NCBI GenBank assembly: GCA_963756325.1
Contig: CAVWNE010000011.1
Coordinates: forward strand, 25,893-89,892
Origin: an uncultured Acidimicrobiaceae bacterium
GTDB taxonomy: Bacteria > Actinomycetota > Acidimicrobiia > Acidimicrobiales > RAAP-2
Length of the DNA stretch: 64,000 nt
Direction of reading: 5' to 3'
The number at the start of each line of letters is the position of its first letter. The stretch's first letter is position 1. The position numbers and the translations under genes were made by a program. This document shows, piece by piece, positions 8,886 to 19,166 of this stretch. The notes beneath the pieces were generated by a model, which worked only from the letters and a program-made list of their open reading frames with translations, was not told where the DNA came from and did not search any database.

Positions 8886-9569
8886 TCAGCTCACTTCTTC
8901 CACGGTGATGTCGCGCGGAGACTCTTCGCCGAGCAGTGTGCGATGCGCCACGCCCAGTCCGAGGACTCGACCGTCGCGCTCCACGGCACTGGTGATCCCT
9001 TGAGGACCCTCGGGACCCTTAGAGCGGAGAAAGTCGTTGAGCGCGTCCTCGCTGGGACCTTCGACGCGAACCAGGCGCCAGGGCACACTGGATCCTCGCG
9101 CGTCCAATCGCCCCACCAGCTCTTGACCGGTGAAACAGCCCTTGGAAAAGGAGATCGTCTCGTCGACGAACCGGCGTCCGAACGTGTGAGGAGTAAGAGA
9201 CCGTGCCACTTCGTTCGCTCCCGGCCACGAGGCGTCGATCTGTTGAGCGACGGTGACGAATGGACCGTCATCGACCTCATGGAGTTCGAGGGAGCATTTG
9301 GTTCGCAGCAAAAACCGACGCAGTCGTGCGAGCGTTACTTCGGCGTCCTCGCGCGGGACAATGAGATCAAAACCACCGTCGTGGTGTCGAACGAAGCAGA
9401 CAGCGATCACCACGCTGTCTGGAGCGAGCACCGCACTCCAGGCACCGGCTTCACCGATCGTGCCGAGATCCTGGCTGAGCTGGCCCTGAAGGAAAGTCAG
9501 GGTCTCCTCACCCCGCGCCTCAATGACCGACCACGCGAGTTCCGTCGTGACGTCGTTCGCTGAGCTCAT
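8886..9569 (-). CDS. ygfZ: folate-binding YgfZ/GcvT-family protein
   Basis: C-terminal signature FSKGCFTGQELVGRLDARG (KGC[YF]xGQE motif of the YgfZ family). Confidence 0.75.
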   Translation of the reverse strand: MSSANDVTTELAWSVIEARGEETLTFLQGQLSQDLGTIGEAGAWSAVLAPDSVVIAVCFVRHHDGGFDLIVPREDAEVTLARLRRFLLRTKCSLELHEVDDGPFVTVAQQIDASWPGANEVARSLTPHTFGRRFVDETISFSKGCFTGQELVGRLDARGSSVPWRLVRVEGPSEDALNDFLRSKGPEGPQGITSAVERDGRVLGLGVAHRTLLGEESPRDITVEEVS

Positions 9570-9625
9570 TGACTATTACTGTATGGGCCGGTGAGGCAAC
9601 TGGCGCCGCGATGGAGGGAAGCCCG

Positions 9626-9814
9626 ATGAGCATGCAGACGGAACTCAACACCATCACCTCGACGATGACGGACCTCTCCGCACGTATCACCTCCCTCGTC
9701 GAGTCCGAGGGAGACGCGATGGCCCCCGACGTCTACGCCGAGTTGGTGGCGGCCGAACGCACGGTGGGCGCGCTGCTGCGCCGGTTGAGTCGCGTGGCTG
9801 CTCGGGCAATCTGA
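9626..9814 (+). CDS. small helical hypothetical protein
   Basis: The track ORF begins at 9569. ATG at 9626 follows GGAGGGAAGCCCG (Shine-Dalgarno-like). No recognisable domain. Confidence 0.4.
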   Translation: MSMQTELNTITSTMTDLSARITSLVESEGDAMAPDVYAELVAAERTVGALLRRLSRVAARAI

Positions 9815-9836
9815 GAGCCGCCAGTAGTCTCGAAGT

Positions 9837-10751
9837 ATGTCGCCCACGTGGTCGTGCGTCTTATCGCTCTCCTCCCAACAGCGACTCGATGTCTTAAGTT
9901 TGCTGGACCGCACCGAAGCGCTCCTGGGTCGTGAAGCGATTGACGAGGGCCGACGTCGTACCGTGGTGCACGGGTGGCGCGCGGAGCACTGGCTCTACTA
10001 CGAGGACGCCGTCCTCACGCGCTACGCCATGGCCAACGGCGACGATCATGCCACGGTCGAGATGTGTGGTGGCGACGTCGACGAGACCTTGCTCGAGAAA
10101 CTCCTTCAGACCCACCTGGTAGTTGACTGGTGGACCCGCGGCCCCGAGCCCTGTGAGCACACTTTCGGCACGGTCATCCGCATGCTGCAACTGATGCGCG
10201 TGTCCTTACCCGTTCCCGTGGAGCCAGTGCCCGAAGGATTCACCCTTCGCAACTTCGAGTCCCACCACGACGAGCGGGCCTGGCTCGAGCAAAACAACGC
10301 CGCCTTCGCGCACCACCCCGAACAGGGCGCCTGGCACATCGCCGACCTGGACGAGCGCACCCACGAGCCGTGGTTTGATCCCTCTGGGTTCTTGCTCTTA
10401 GAGACCGAAGGGAGAATCGCGGCGTCGTGTTGGACCAAGGTCCACGAACTTCACCCCGACCGATTCGGTGAGATCTACGTCATCTCGGTACACCCCGACT
10501 TCCAGCACCACCATTTGGGGCGCGTCATGGTGACCCAGGGCCTCAACGTGCTCTACCGTAAAGGAGTTATCGAAGCAGTGCTCTTTGTGGATGAGTCCAA
10601 CGAGCCGGCGATGAAGCTCTATAAGTCCTTGGGGTTTCACCTGGAGCGCGAAGACCGACTGGTTCGCTTTACCCGACTAGCCCACCCCGACGATGTGGCC
10701 CACGCCGTAGGTGACCGCGGAGGCGAGCGCCATTATCACGAGGGCGCGTAG
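9837..10751 (+). CDS. mshD: mycothiol synthase (tandem GNAT acetyltransferase)
   Basis: About 300 aa with a two-GNAT layout. The C-terminal GNAT core is IYVISVHPDFQHHHLGRVMV...AMKLYKSLGF. mshC is also in the window. Confidence 0.7.
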   Translation: MSPTWSCVLSLSSQQRLDVLSLLDRTEALLGREAIDEGRRRTVVHGWRAEHWLYYEDAVLTRYAMANGDDHATVEMCGGDVDETLLEKLLQTHLVVDWWTRGPEPCEHTFGTVIRMLQLMRVSLPVPVEPVPEGFTLRNFESHHDERAWLEQNNAAFAHHPEQGAWHIADLDERTHEPWFDPSGFLLLETEGRIAASCWTKVHELHPDRFGEIYVISVHPDFQHHHLGRVMVTQGLNVLYRKGVIEAVLFVDESNEPAMKLYKSLGFHLEREDRLVRFTRLAHPDDVAHAVGDRGGERHYHEGA

Positions 10752-11378
10752 GGCCGAGTAGACCACCCCGCGGCGAGTGAAATGTCCGACCGCCCCTCCC
10801 ACAAAAATCGTGGAGGCACCCGTGAGTCCGACGGACCACCACATGACATTGCCCCCCGACGTCACGATCCAAGGAACCAGCGGCAAAAACGCGCCCGTGG
10901 AAAAGAAGAGGAACGATGAGATCGCGGCGATCCAGGGTGAGCCGGTGGCCGACGGGTCGATCCCGAGCTCCTCGCGGGCGTGCGTGCGTAACGCCAAGTC
11001 GGGGTTTTTCATGAGATCGACGGAGAGACGTTCGGCCAGCTCTTCGTCTATCCCGCGTCCGAGAAACAGCTCTTTCAGCTCTTGACGTTCCGTCTCAGGG
11101 TTGTCGGCCAGCGCCTTTCGCTCCACGCCGATCTCGTACTCGTAGAGTTCTTTTTGCGAGCGCATCGAGAGGTACTCCCCCGTTCCCATCGAGAACGCCC
11201 CCGCCACTAGTCCGGCGAGACCGGCGAGTCGTACGACGTCGTGACCGGGATTGGCGCCGGCAAAGCCCAAAATGAGGGACACGTTGGTCACTAGTCCATC
11301 AAGCAGGCCAAAGAGCGCGGCTCGAAAGCCCCCGTCGCTGATCTGGCGGTGATGCGGCTCGCTGACGATTGCACTCAC
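10677..11378 (-). CDS. VIT1/CCC1-family iron/manganese transporter
   Basis: ALFGLLDGLVTNVSLILGFAGA, GEYLSMRSQKE and a C-terminal TM bundle are typical of the VIT family. Confidence 0.8.
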   Translation of the reverse strand: MSAIVSEPHHRQISDGGFRAALFGLLDGLVTNVSLILGFAGANPGHDVVRLAGLAGLVAGAFSMGTGEYLSMRSQKELYEYEIGVERKALADNPETERQELKELFLGRGIDEELAERLSVDLMKNPDLALRTHAREELGIDPSATGSPWIAAISSFLFFSTGAFLPLVPWIVTSGGNVMWWSVGLTGASTIFVGGAVGHFTRRGVVYSALRALVIMALASAVTYGVGHIVGVG

Positions 11379-11455
11379 GCAGGGAGTCTAGGAGCGAGCC
11401 CATACCTGGGTCGGTAAGTGCGGGCTAAAGATTAAGGTCTTTTCGGAGGTTGGTC

Positions 11456-11911
11456 ATGACAACGCACGTGAACAGCATTGAAGAGTTAAAGGGATTAGTC
11501 GGGACTCATCTGGGCTACTCGGACTACCGCACGGTGACCCAAGAAGAGGTCAACCTCTTCGCAGATGCCACGGGTGATCACCAATGGATCCACGTGGACC
11601 CCGAACGAGCGGCCGCCGGTCCCTTCGGCCACACCATCGCCCACGGATACCTCACCCTCTCTCTTATCCCGGCCCTCGTCGGTGGACTCATGAAGGTGGA
11701 CGGAGTCTCCATGGGTGTCAACTACGGATCGAACAAGGTCCGCTTCACCTCCCCCGTACCGGTGGGCGCCGACGTTCGCGCGGGAGCAACGCTCGCCTCG
11801 GTTGACGAGGTCGCGGGCGGCGTGCAGGTCGCAATGGACGTCGTGGTCGAGATCAAAGGTTCCGAAAAGCCGGCCTGCGTGGCCCAGACTCTCTCGCGGC
11901 TGTATTTCTAG
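11456..11911 (+). CDS. MaoC-like (R)-hydratase / hot-dog fold protein
   Basis: FADATGDHQWIHVDPERA...GHTIAHGYLTLSL motif. ATG at 11456 follows GGAGG at 11445-11449. Confidence 0.8.
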   Translation: MTTHVNSIEELKGLVGTHLGYSDYRTVTQEEVNLFADATGDHQWIHVDPERAAAGPFGHTIAHGYLTLSLIPALVGGLMKVDGVSMGVNYGSNKVRFTSPVPVGADVRAGATLASVDEVAGGVQVAMDVVVEIKGSEKPACVAQTLSRLYF

Positions 11912-11913
11912 CG

Positions 11914-12603
11914 ATGGTGACGTCCCTCCCCCAGGGTGACAAGAAGACCGAGCACGTTCGCACGATGTTTGACGCGATCGCCCCCCGCTACGAACTGGTC
12001 AATCGCGTGATGACGTTCGGACTCGACTCGCGCTGGCGTCGTCGCGCCGTCGCCGACCTTCGCCTCGCGCCGGGCAGTGTGGTGCTGGACGTCGCCGCCG
12101 GAACTGGTGACTTCACTCGCGAGTTGCGTCGTCAGGGTCACCGCGCCGTGGCCACCGATCTCAGCTACAACATGCTGCACACCGCTCGCAACGTCGCCGA
12201 ACGCGTCCAAGCCGACGCCTCGCGCCTCCCCTTTCGCTGGGCCGGATTCGACGGCGCCACCTGTGGCTACGCCTTGCGCAACTTCACCGATCTCGAAAAG
12301 TGCGTCGCCGAGATGGCCAGAGTCCTCCGTCCGGGTGGACGCCTGTCCCTGCTCGAGGTCGCCGAACCCCGCGGCGGTCTGTGGCGAGCCGGCTTTCGAC
12401 TCTGGTTCCGTCGCGTCGTCCCTTTCATTGGCTCCCTCTTGTCCGACCGCGACGCGTATCACTACCTCCCGGCGTCCACGGCCTACCTGCCCCCGGCCAC
12501 GGAAATTGCGGCAATGTTGAATCGCGCGGGCTTTAGCGCCGTGAACCACCGGCGCATCATGGGGGGACTGAGTCAGCAGTTCCTCGCCACCCGGTCGACA
12601 TGA
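11914..12603 (+). CDS. menG: demethylmenaquinone methyltransferase (UbiE/MenG family)
   Basis: FDAIAPRYELVNRVMTFGLDSRWRR plus the SAM motif VLDVAAGTGD. Adjacent to menF with an ATGA overlap. Confidence 0.85.
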   Translation: MVTSLPQGDKKTEHVRTMFDAIAPRYELVNRVMTFGLDSRWRRRAVADLRLAPGSVVLDVAAGTGDFTRELRRQGHRAVATDLSYNMLHTARNVAERVQADASRLPFRWAGFDGATCGYALRNFTDLEKCVAEMARVLRPGGRLSLLEVAEPRGGLWRAGFRLWFRRVVPFIGSLLSDRDAYHYLPASTAYLPPATEIAAMLNRAGFSAVNHRRIMGGLSQQFLATRST

Positions 12604-13841
12604 AGTTCCTGCGCCATCGCACTCAAGCGCTGCGCCTTGAAGTGTTGCGGGCCCTCGGCGCACGCGACGGGTGGCTGATCGAAACGCCGGACGTGCTGCG
12701 CGTGGGCTTCGGTCGCGTCGCGGACTCCGTCGAGCTCGCCGCAGGGCTAGACATCGCCACCAGCGCGAGTGGTGCGCTGTCCGAACACGAACTCTCTGGT
12801 GACGACGGTCCGATGGGTACGGGGATTATCGCCTTCGCCTCGCTTCCCTTTGACCGAGCCGCACCGGGGGTCTTGGAGGTGCCCGAGTTCTGCGTGACGC
12901 AGTTCGCCAACGGTGACACCTGGCTGACGTCGGTCAGTGACGCTGGCTCCTGGCAAGACATCTACGAGAGCGTGACCCTCCCCACCCAGGAGACGCAGAG
13001 TCCCCGTACGGTGATCTATCAGCCCACCCCCGAGGAGTACGCGCACAACGTTGCCCTGGCGGTGGAGATTCTTCGCCGCAAAGAGATTGTCAAAGTGGTG
13101 CTGGCGCGCGCGGTGCTCGGTTCGGTGCCCGAGTCAATTGACGCAGCGGCCATCGCCCAGCGCCTGCGCGTCCGCGAACCGATCTGCACCCTCTACAGCC
13201 TTCCGCGCCCCGACGGACGACGCTTCGTGGGCGCGAGCCCGGAGCTACTGGTGCGCCGAAGCGGCGCGGAGATACAGTGCCACCCTCTCGCGGGCACCAT
13301 TACGCTGCCGCCCAACGTGGCGCCCGACGACTACGAAACCTGGCTGCTCGGAAGCACCAAGAATCTTCACGAGCACTCCGTCGTGGTGGATGAGATTGTT
13401 CGCAATCTGGCCAACGTCTATGAGGACATCGACGCCGACGCCGAACCGTCGATCGTGGCGCTGCGAACAGTGGCTCATCTGGGGACGCGCATCAGCGCCC
13501 GCCACGACTCTTCCACCGTGGCGCCCGACGCGCTGGACGTCCTGCGGATGCTTCATCCCACGGCCGCCGTCGGCGGCATCCCCCGGGCGAGCGCGTATGA
13601 GCTGATCACCCGTTTGGAGCAACACGACCGGGGGGCCTTCGCCGGGCCCGTCGGATGGATCGATGCCCGCGGAGACGGCGAGTGGTGGATTGGCTTGCGC
13701 GGTGTCCTCTTACGGGACCGGGAGTTTGAGGCCTGGGCCGGGGCGGGAATTGTCAGCGAGTCTGACCCCATCGCCGAGCGCGAAGAGACACGCGACAAGT
13801 TAGCGGTCGTCTTGACGTCTCTGCTCTCTGAGCGCGTCTAG
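12600..13841 (+). CDS. menF: isochorismate synthase
   Basis: Chorismate-binding C-terminal motifs (LHPTAAVGG.P, GAFAGPVGW.D..GDGEW.I.LR, AGAGIV..SDP..E..ET..K). Confidence 0.85.
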   Translation: MKFLRHRTQALRLEVLRALGARDGWLIETPDVLRVGFGRVADSVELAAGLDIATSASGALSEHELSGDDGPMGTGIIAFASLPFDRAAPGVLEVPEFCVTQFANGDTWLTSVSDAGSWQDIYESVTLPTQETQSPRTVIYQPTPEEYAHNVALAVEILRRKEIVKVVLARAVLGSVPESIDAAAIAQRLRVREPICTLYSLPRPDGRRFVGASPELLVRRSGAEIQCHPLAGTITLPPNVAPDDYETWLLGSTKNLHEHSVVVDEIVRNLANVYEDIDADAEPSIVALRTVAHLGTRISARHDSSTVAPDALDVLRMLHPTAAVGGIPRASAYELITRLEQHDRGAFAGPVGWIDARGDGEWWIGLRGVLLRDREFEAWAGAGIVSESDPIAEREETRDKLAVVLTSLLSERV

Positions 13842-14587
13842 CGCCGACGAGCCCTCACCTTTTGATATCCGCTCTTTCCCAGGCCGTACCAGCGCTCGAG
13901 GGCCCACTTCGTCACCAGAACCAGCGCCTCGACGACAATTCGTTGGGACATCTTCGACTCGCCGCGCTCGCGGTCCTTGAAGGAGATGGGCACCTCAACG
14001 ATGGAGGCACCCCGACTCCGAGCGCGGTAGGTCATCTCGATCTGAAATCCGTAGCCTTCGGCGCTGACGGAGGTGAAGTCGATCTTCTCCAGCGCCGTGT
14101 CTGAGTAGACGCGATAGCCCGACGTCGAGTCAGCCACGTGCAGGCCCAGCATCACTGACGCGTACTCGTTGCCGCCGCGCGAGAGCAGTCGCCGTGATCG
14201 TTTCCAATTGGGTATATGCCCGCCCTTGATGTAGCGCGAACCGATGATCACTTCGTACTCCTTGGCGGCGATCAGCAACTCGGGTAACTGGCGCGGGTCG
14301 TGGGAGAAGTCGCAGTCGATCTCCACGAAGTGGTCGTACCCGCGTTCGAGTCCCCAGGCGAACCCGGCGCGATAGGCGCGACCGAGTCCATTTTTGGCGG
14401 TGCGTTCGAGGACGTCAACGCCGCCCAACTCCGCGCCGACCGCGTGGGCACGCTTCGCCGTACCGTCGGGACTGCCGTCGTCGACGACCAGCACGTGGCA
14501 CTCGGGCACGATCTCGTTGAGCGTTCGTAGCATCAATTCCACGTTGAAAATCTCGTTGTACGTGGGCAAAACCACGAGCGTGCGCAT
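13838..14587 (-). CDS. ppm1: GT2 polyprenol-phosphate mannosyltransferase
   Basis: VVLPTYNE..., VVDDGSPDGT..., DCDFSHDP... are Dpm1/Ppm1-type GT2 motifs. Confidence 0.8.
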   Translation of the reverse strand: MRTLVVLPTYNEIFNVELMLRTLNEIVPECHVLVVDDGSPDGTAKRAHAVGAELGGVDVLERTAKNGLGRAYRAGFAWGLERGYDHFVEIDCDFSHDPRQLPELLIAAKEYEVIIGSRYIKGGHIPNWKRSRRLLSRGGNEYASVMLGLHVADSTSGYRVYSDTALEKIDFTSVSAEGYGFQIEMTYRARSRGASIVEVPISFKDRERGESKMSQRIVVEALVLVTKWALERWYGLGKSGYQKVRARRR

Positions 14588-14642
14588 TTAGAGAATTCTA
14601 GAACGTGGCGTAGGCTTGGCCGGTTGAGCTCCCGAGGACACT

Positions 14643-15704
14643 ATGACTGACGCCGCCCCGAAGAAGCGACTGGTCCTCCCCCGCGAGATTCGCCTCATCT
14701 TGAGTCTGGGCTCGCTGATCTTTGTCTTTGAGTACCTGGTGCTCCCCCAACTCGGTCGAGCACGGCACTCGCTGCCGCTGCTGGGCAGCGTGAATCCAGG
14801 ACTGGTGGTCCTGGCGGTCGCCCTCGAGATCGCCGCCATCCTCTGCTACGTCGAGCTCACCCGCACCGTGCTCTATCCCTACGCCCCGAGTCGCTACAAC
14901 ACGCTTCGCGTCGACATGGCCGGCTTTGCCATCAGTCACGTCGTGCCCGGAGGGACCGCCCCGGCCGGCGCACTGGCCTATCGAATCTTCAATGAACTGG
15001 GAGTCCCGAAGGAGACCAACGCCTTCGGTCTCGCCGCTCAGGGCTCAGGATCAGCCGTCATCCTCAACGTCATCTTCTGGATCGCTCTCGTGATCTCCAT
15101 TCCACTGAATGGCTTTAACCCCCTCTACGGCTTCGCCGCACTGGCCGGCGTGTTTTTGCTCCTAGCCTTTTCTGGAACGATTCTCCTGATCACTCGGGGT
15201 CAGCGACGGGCTGACGCCTGGATTCGGGCCATCGCGCGGCGAGTGCCCTCGGTCAAACCCGATGTGGTCAGCGCCCTGATCGGCAAGATCGCCGCGCGTA
15301 TCACCCTGCTCATCACCAACCGTCGCACGCTCTGGTGGGCCTTTACCTGGGCCACCCTCAACTGGCTGCTCGACGCCGGCTGCTTGTGGGTCTTTCTCTG
15401 GTCCTTTGGCGCGGTGGTCTCGCCCATCGACCTGCTCGTGGCCTACGGCCTCGCCAACATTCTGGCGGCGATTCCCCTCACCCCGGCCGGTCTCGGCGTC
15501 GTGGAGACGGTGCTCATCACCTCGCTGGTGGGATTCGGGGTGTCCCACAGTCAGGCCATCCTCGCGGTGCTGGCCTATCGACTGGTCAACTTCTGGCTAC
15601 CGATTCCTCTGGGCGGAGCCTGTTACGCCAGTCTGCAGTGGCGACGCCCGACCGACGTCACACCTGAGAAAGGGATCGAGCCCGATCCATCGCTCGACGT
15701 TTGA
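14643..15704 (+). CDS. integral membrane protein, lysyl-PG-synthase-TM / flippase-like (UPF0104) family
   Basis: Polytopic membrane protein with ...IPLTPAGLGVVE... typical of this family. Divergent from the GT2 gene, a frequent pairing. Confidence 0.6.
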   Translation: MTDAAPKKRLVLPREIRLILSLGSLIFVFEYLVLPQLGRARHSLPLLGSVNPGLVVLAVALEIAAILCYVELTRTVLYPYAPSRYNTLRVDMAGFAISHVVPGGTAPAGALAYRIFNELGVPKETNAFGLAAQGSGSAVILNVIFWIALVISIPLNGFNPLYGFAALAGVFLLLAFSGTILLITRGQRRADAWIRAIARRVPSVKPDVVSALIGKIAARITLLITNRRTLWWAFTWATLNWLLDAGCLWVFLWSFGAVVSPIDLLVAYGLANILAAIPLTPAGLGVVETVLITSLVGFGVSHSQAILAVLAYRLVNFWLPIPLGGACYASLQWRRPTDVTPEKGIEPDPSLDV

Positions 15705-17724
15705 ACTCGGCCTGAGCGGAAAAACTGTTGACCGGCTGCAGTCGACGCCAGCGACGATCGGTGCCGAGCACCCAGGTAAAGAGATCATCCCGCCAGGTGA
15801 TCTCAAAGGCCTCCAGGAGTTCGCTCTGGAGCGCGGCGACCTCGATGGGAACGAGCACTTCGACGCGGCGATCCAGGTTGCGCTCCATGAGATCGGCCGA
15901 ACCGATGTAGACCGAGTACTGCTCGTCCTCGGGTTGTCCGAAGATGAAGATCCGCGAGTGCTCCAAGAACTCCCCGACCAAAGAGTGGACTTTGATGTTC
16001 TCGGAGAGCCCGGGAACTCCCGGACGCAGCGAACACAGGGTTCTCACGATGAGGCGAATCTCCACCCCGGCGATACTCGCTTCGTAGAGCGCGTCAATGA
16101 TGGTGGGGTCGGTGAGGCCATTCACTTTGAGGGCGATACGACCGGCCGAGCCACGATCACGCTGGCCCTTGATGAGCTCCAGCACGCTGGTGCGCGTGTT
16201 GAGAGGACTCACGATGAGCTTCTCATAGTCGCCAATGCGCGAAAAACCCGTCAGATAGTTAAAGAGCTCTCCGATGTCATGGCTGATTGCCGGATCGCAG
16301 GTCAACAGGCCAAAGTCCTCATAGATCCGGGCCGTTCGGTCGTTGTAGTTTCCCGTGCCGATGTGCACGTAACGGACAGTGGTGCCGCCCTCACTACGCA
16401 GCACGAGGGTGATCTTGCAGTGCGTCTTTAGACCCACGATGCCATAGACCACATGCACACCCACGTCTTCCAGGGCCTTCGCCCACTCGATGTTGGCCGC
16501 CTCGTCAAAGCGCGCCTTCAACTCCACCAGCGCCACCACCTGTTTTCCTCGCTCGGACGCCTGGATCAGCGACGCGACGATCGGTGAGTCGCCCGAGGTG
16601 CGATAGAGCGCCTGCTTGAGTCCCACCACCTTCTCGTCCATGGCCGACTGGGAGGTGAAGGACTCCACCGAGTCGGTAAAGGACTCGTAGGGGTGGTGCA
16701 GCAAGATGTCGCCGTCGCGGATCGCGGCGAAGACGTCGCCCACGTGATCGCCGTCCAACAGCCGCCGGGGGGTCAACGGGGACCAGCTTTCCCCCTTGAG
16801 GTCGGGACGGTCGATCCGATAGAGGCTCCACAGATCGCTCAGCCCGAGCATCGCTTCGGTGACGTAGACGCTGGCCGGGTCGAGGTCCAGCTGGTCGACC
16901 AGCAACTTCAAGAACTCCTCGGACATTCCGCGTTGAATCTCCACCCGCAGCGCTTCCCCGAAGCGACGTCGTCGCAGTTCTACTTCAAGGGCCACCAGGA
17001 GGTCGTCCGCCTCGTCTTCTTCGAGCGTCAAGTCCGCGTTACGGGTCACGCGAAAGAGGTCGGCCTGACCGATGGTCATGCCGGGAAACAGTTGATCGAG
17101 GTGAGCCACAATGAGCTCTTCGAGCAGTATCCACTCACCCTCGGCGGCCGGAATGAACCGCGGCAAGGAGTTGGGTACTTTCACCCGAGCGTTGCGTTCG
17201 TCGTAGGTAGCCTCATCGCGCACGGTGACCGCGATATTCAGCGAGAGATTCGAGATCATCGGAAAGGGATGCCCGGGGTCGACCGCCAGCGGGGTTAGCA
17301 CCGGATAGACGTTCTCATTGAAGTACTTCGCCAACGTCGCTTTCGCGTCGTTGTCGAGATCGCTGTGACGCACGATCTTGATGCCGGTGTAGGCCAGGGT
17401 GGGCACGATCTGGTCCAGCATCAGGCGATCCAGCCGCTCGACGAGTTCGAGCACCCGTTCGCGAATGGCCTCCAGCTGCTGGCGAGGGCGTACCCCATCC
17501 ACCGAGGGAGTCTGAACTCCCGCCGCGACTTTGTCTTGCAAGCTCACCACGCGTACCTGGAAGAACTCGTCGATCATGTCGGCGAAGATGGCGATGAACT
17601 TGCACCGCTCCAGGATGGGGAGACGCTCGTCACCCCCCAGATCGAGCAGTCGCGCGCCGAACTCGAGGCGTGAGAGTTCGCGACTCGAGAACCTCTCGGG
17701 TCCAAACGTCGACAAATCAGTCAC
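15658..17724 (-). CDS. ppk: polyphosphate kinase 1
   Basis: PPK1 N, H and two PLD-like C domains (NRELS-like SRELSRLEF, THCKITLV, HIGTGNYN, GSADLMERNL). GTG at 17724, preceded by AGAGGGAAAG, is preferred over the track ATG at 17835, which would overlap the divergent gene. Confidence 0.9.
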   Translation of the reverse strand: MTDLSTFGPERFSSRELSRLEFGARLLDLGGDERLPILERCKFIAIFADMIDEFFQVRVVSLQDKVAAGVQTPSVDGVRPRQQLEAIRERVLELVERLDRLMLDQIVPTLAYTGIKIVRHSDLDNDAKATLAKYFNENVYPVLTPLAVDPGHPFPMISNLSLNIAVTVRDEATYDERNARVKVPNSLPRFIPAAEGEWILLEELIVAHLDQLFPGMTIGQADLFRVTRNADLTLEEDEADDLLVALEVELRRRRFGEALRVEIQRGMSEEFLKLLVDQLDLDPASVYVTEAMLGLSDLWSLYRIDRPDLKGESWSPLTPRRLLDGDHVGDVFAAIRDGDILLHHPYESFTDSVESFTSQSAMDEKVVGLKQALYRTSGDSPIVASLIQASERGKQVVALVELKARFDEAANIEWAKALEDVGVHVVYGIVGLKTHCKITLVLRSEGGTTVRYVHIGTGNYNDRTARIYEDFGLLTCDPAISHDIGELFNYLTGFSRIGDYEKLIVSPLNTRTSVLELIKGQRDRGSAGRIALKVNGLTDPTIIDALYEASIAGVEIRLIVRTLCSLRPGVPGLSENIKVHSLVGEFLEHSRIFIFGQPEDEQYSVYIGSADLMERNLDRRVEVLVPIEVAALQSELLEAFEITWRDDLFTWVLGTDRRWRRLQPVNSFSAQAEFKRRAMDRARSLSQV

Positions 17725-17819
17725 TGGCGCTTTCCCTCTGGTTGTCAAGTCGTAGGCACCATCGTAGGGGTACGCTTGGCGTTGTGGCGAGACGCACGAG
17801 CCCCCTAGACGGGCGCCCG

Positions 17820-19166
17820 ATGAAGTCGGCACCACAGAACCCTCCGCTCACCAGTCGGTCACGCAACCCTCGCTTGACCGAACTCGGTCTCTTGGCCCTG
17901 TCGTGGATCATCACCTCGGCCTTCTATGTGTTGGCCTCGCTGGGGTCGCAGGGAAAGATGCCGGCTCGCTTCGGATGGTATCTCGGGGGCATCGTCCTCA
18001 TCTCGCTGCTCATGCACTTTGCGGTTCAGCGCTACGCGCCTCGGGCGTCGGAGATCCTTTTGCCGATCGCCACGCTCCTCAACGGCATTGGCTACGTGGA
18101 GATCGCCCGATGGAACCCTCCGTACGCGAGAACCCAGACGCTGTGGTTCTTCGTCAGTGCCGTGGGTCTGGCCCTGACTCTCAAACTGGTCCGTCACGTT
18201 CGCGACCTCGACCGATATCGCTACTTGACCCTGCTGGTCGCCCTAGCCCTCTTGGTGGCGCCCTTGGCCGTGGGCACCACCATCAACGGTGCGCGCCTCT
18301 GGATCGACGTGGGACCGTTCTCCTTTGAGCCCGTTGAGTTCGCCAAAATCCTCCTGGTCTTCTTCTTCGCCTCCTACTTCGGCGCCAACCGCGAGCTTCT
18401 CTCCACCCCGACCCAACGACTGGGTCGGCGAAACGTCGTTCCTCCCAAGGTTCTCGTGCCGATCTTCGCGGCGTGGGGCATCTCCGTCGCGGTACTGGGC
18501 GCCGAAAACGACCTGGGCTTCGCGATACTCATCTTCGCGCTGTTCATCTCCTTGTTGTGGGTAGCCACCGGCCTCAAGTCCTACGTCGCACTTGGGGTGG
18601 GACTCCTCGTGGGCGGCGCGTATATCGCGGACAAGCTTTTTAGCCAGGTGCAGGTGCGCGTCTCGGAGTGGCTCAACCCGTGGTCGGCGGCCAACTTGAG
18701 TCACTCGTCTCAGTTGATCTGGGGCTGGTTCTCGATCGCCGCGGGCGGGATCACCGGGACCGGGCTGGGCCTGGCCTCCCAGACGACCGGCAATATCCCC
18801 TTCATCACCTCGGACATGATCTTTGCCACGATCGCCGAAGAGCTGGGCTTCATCGGCGTGGTGCTGGTGCTCTGTCTCTACGGTTCCTTCGTGGGCGAAG
18901 GATTGCGCATCGCGCAGCGGGCGACCTCGGACTTCGTTCGCTTGACGGCAACGGGGCTCACGGCCCTCCTCGGCTTTCAGGCGTTCTTCATTATGGCCGG
19001 CGTGCTGCGGCTTCTCCCCTTTACGGGCATCACCTTGCCGTTCATGGCCTACGGTGGCAACTCACTGATCGCCAACTACTTGATTGTGGCGATCTTGATA
19101 CGCATCTCTGACGAGGGCCGTAGCGAGCGACGCGGGGGCGAGATCGTCGCCGTGCATCTCACTTAG
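17820..19166 (+). CDS. SEDS-family peptidoglycan polymerase (FtsW/RodA), paralogue 1
   Basis: SFEPVEFAKILLVFFFASY, SDMIFATIAEELGFIG, LPFTGITLPFMAYGGNS. Start taken at ATG 17820 (MKSAPQN...). Confidence 0.85.
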   Translation: MKSAPQNPPLTSRSRNPRLTELGLLALSWIITSAFYVLASLGSQGKMPARFGWYLGGIVLISLLMHFAVQRYAPRASEILLPIATLLNGIGYVEIARWNPPYARTQTLWFFVSAVGLALTLKLVRHVRDLDRYRYLTLLVALALLVAPLAVGTTINGARLWIDVGPFSFEPVEFAKILLVFFFASYFGANRELLSTPTQRLGRRNVVPPKVLVPIFAAWGISVAVLGAENDLGFAILIFALFISLLWVATGLKSYVALGVGLLVGGAYIADKLFSQVQVRVSEWLNPWSAANLSHSSQLIWGWFSIAAGGITGTGLGLASQTTGNIPFITSDMIFATIAEELGFIGVVLVLCLYGSFVGEGLRIAQRATSDFVRLTATGLTALLGFQAFFIMAGVLRLLPFTGITLPFMAYGGNSLIANYLIVAILIRISDEGRSERRGGEIVAVHLT

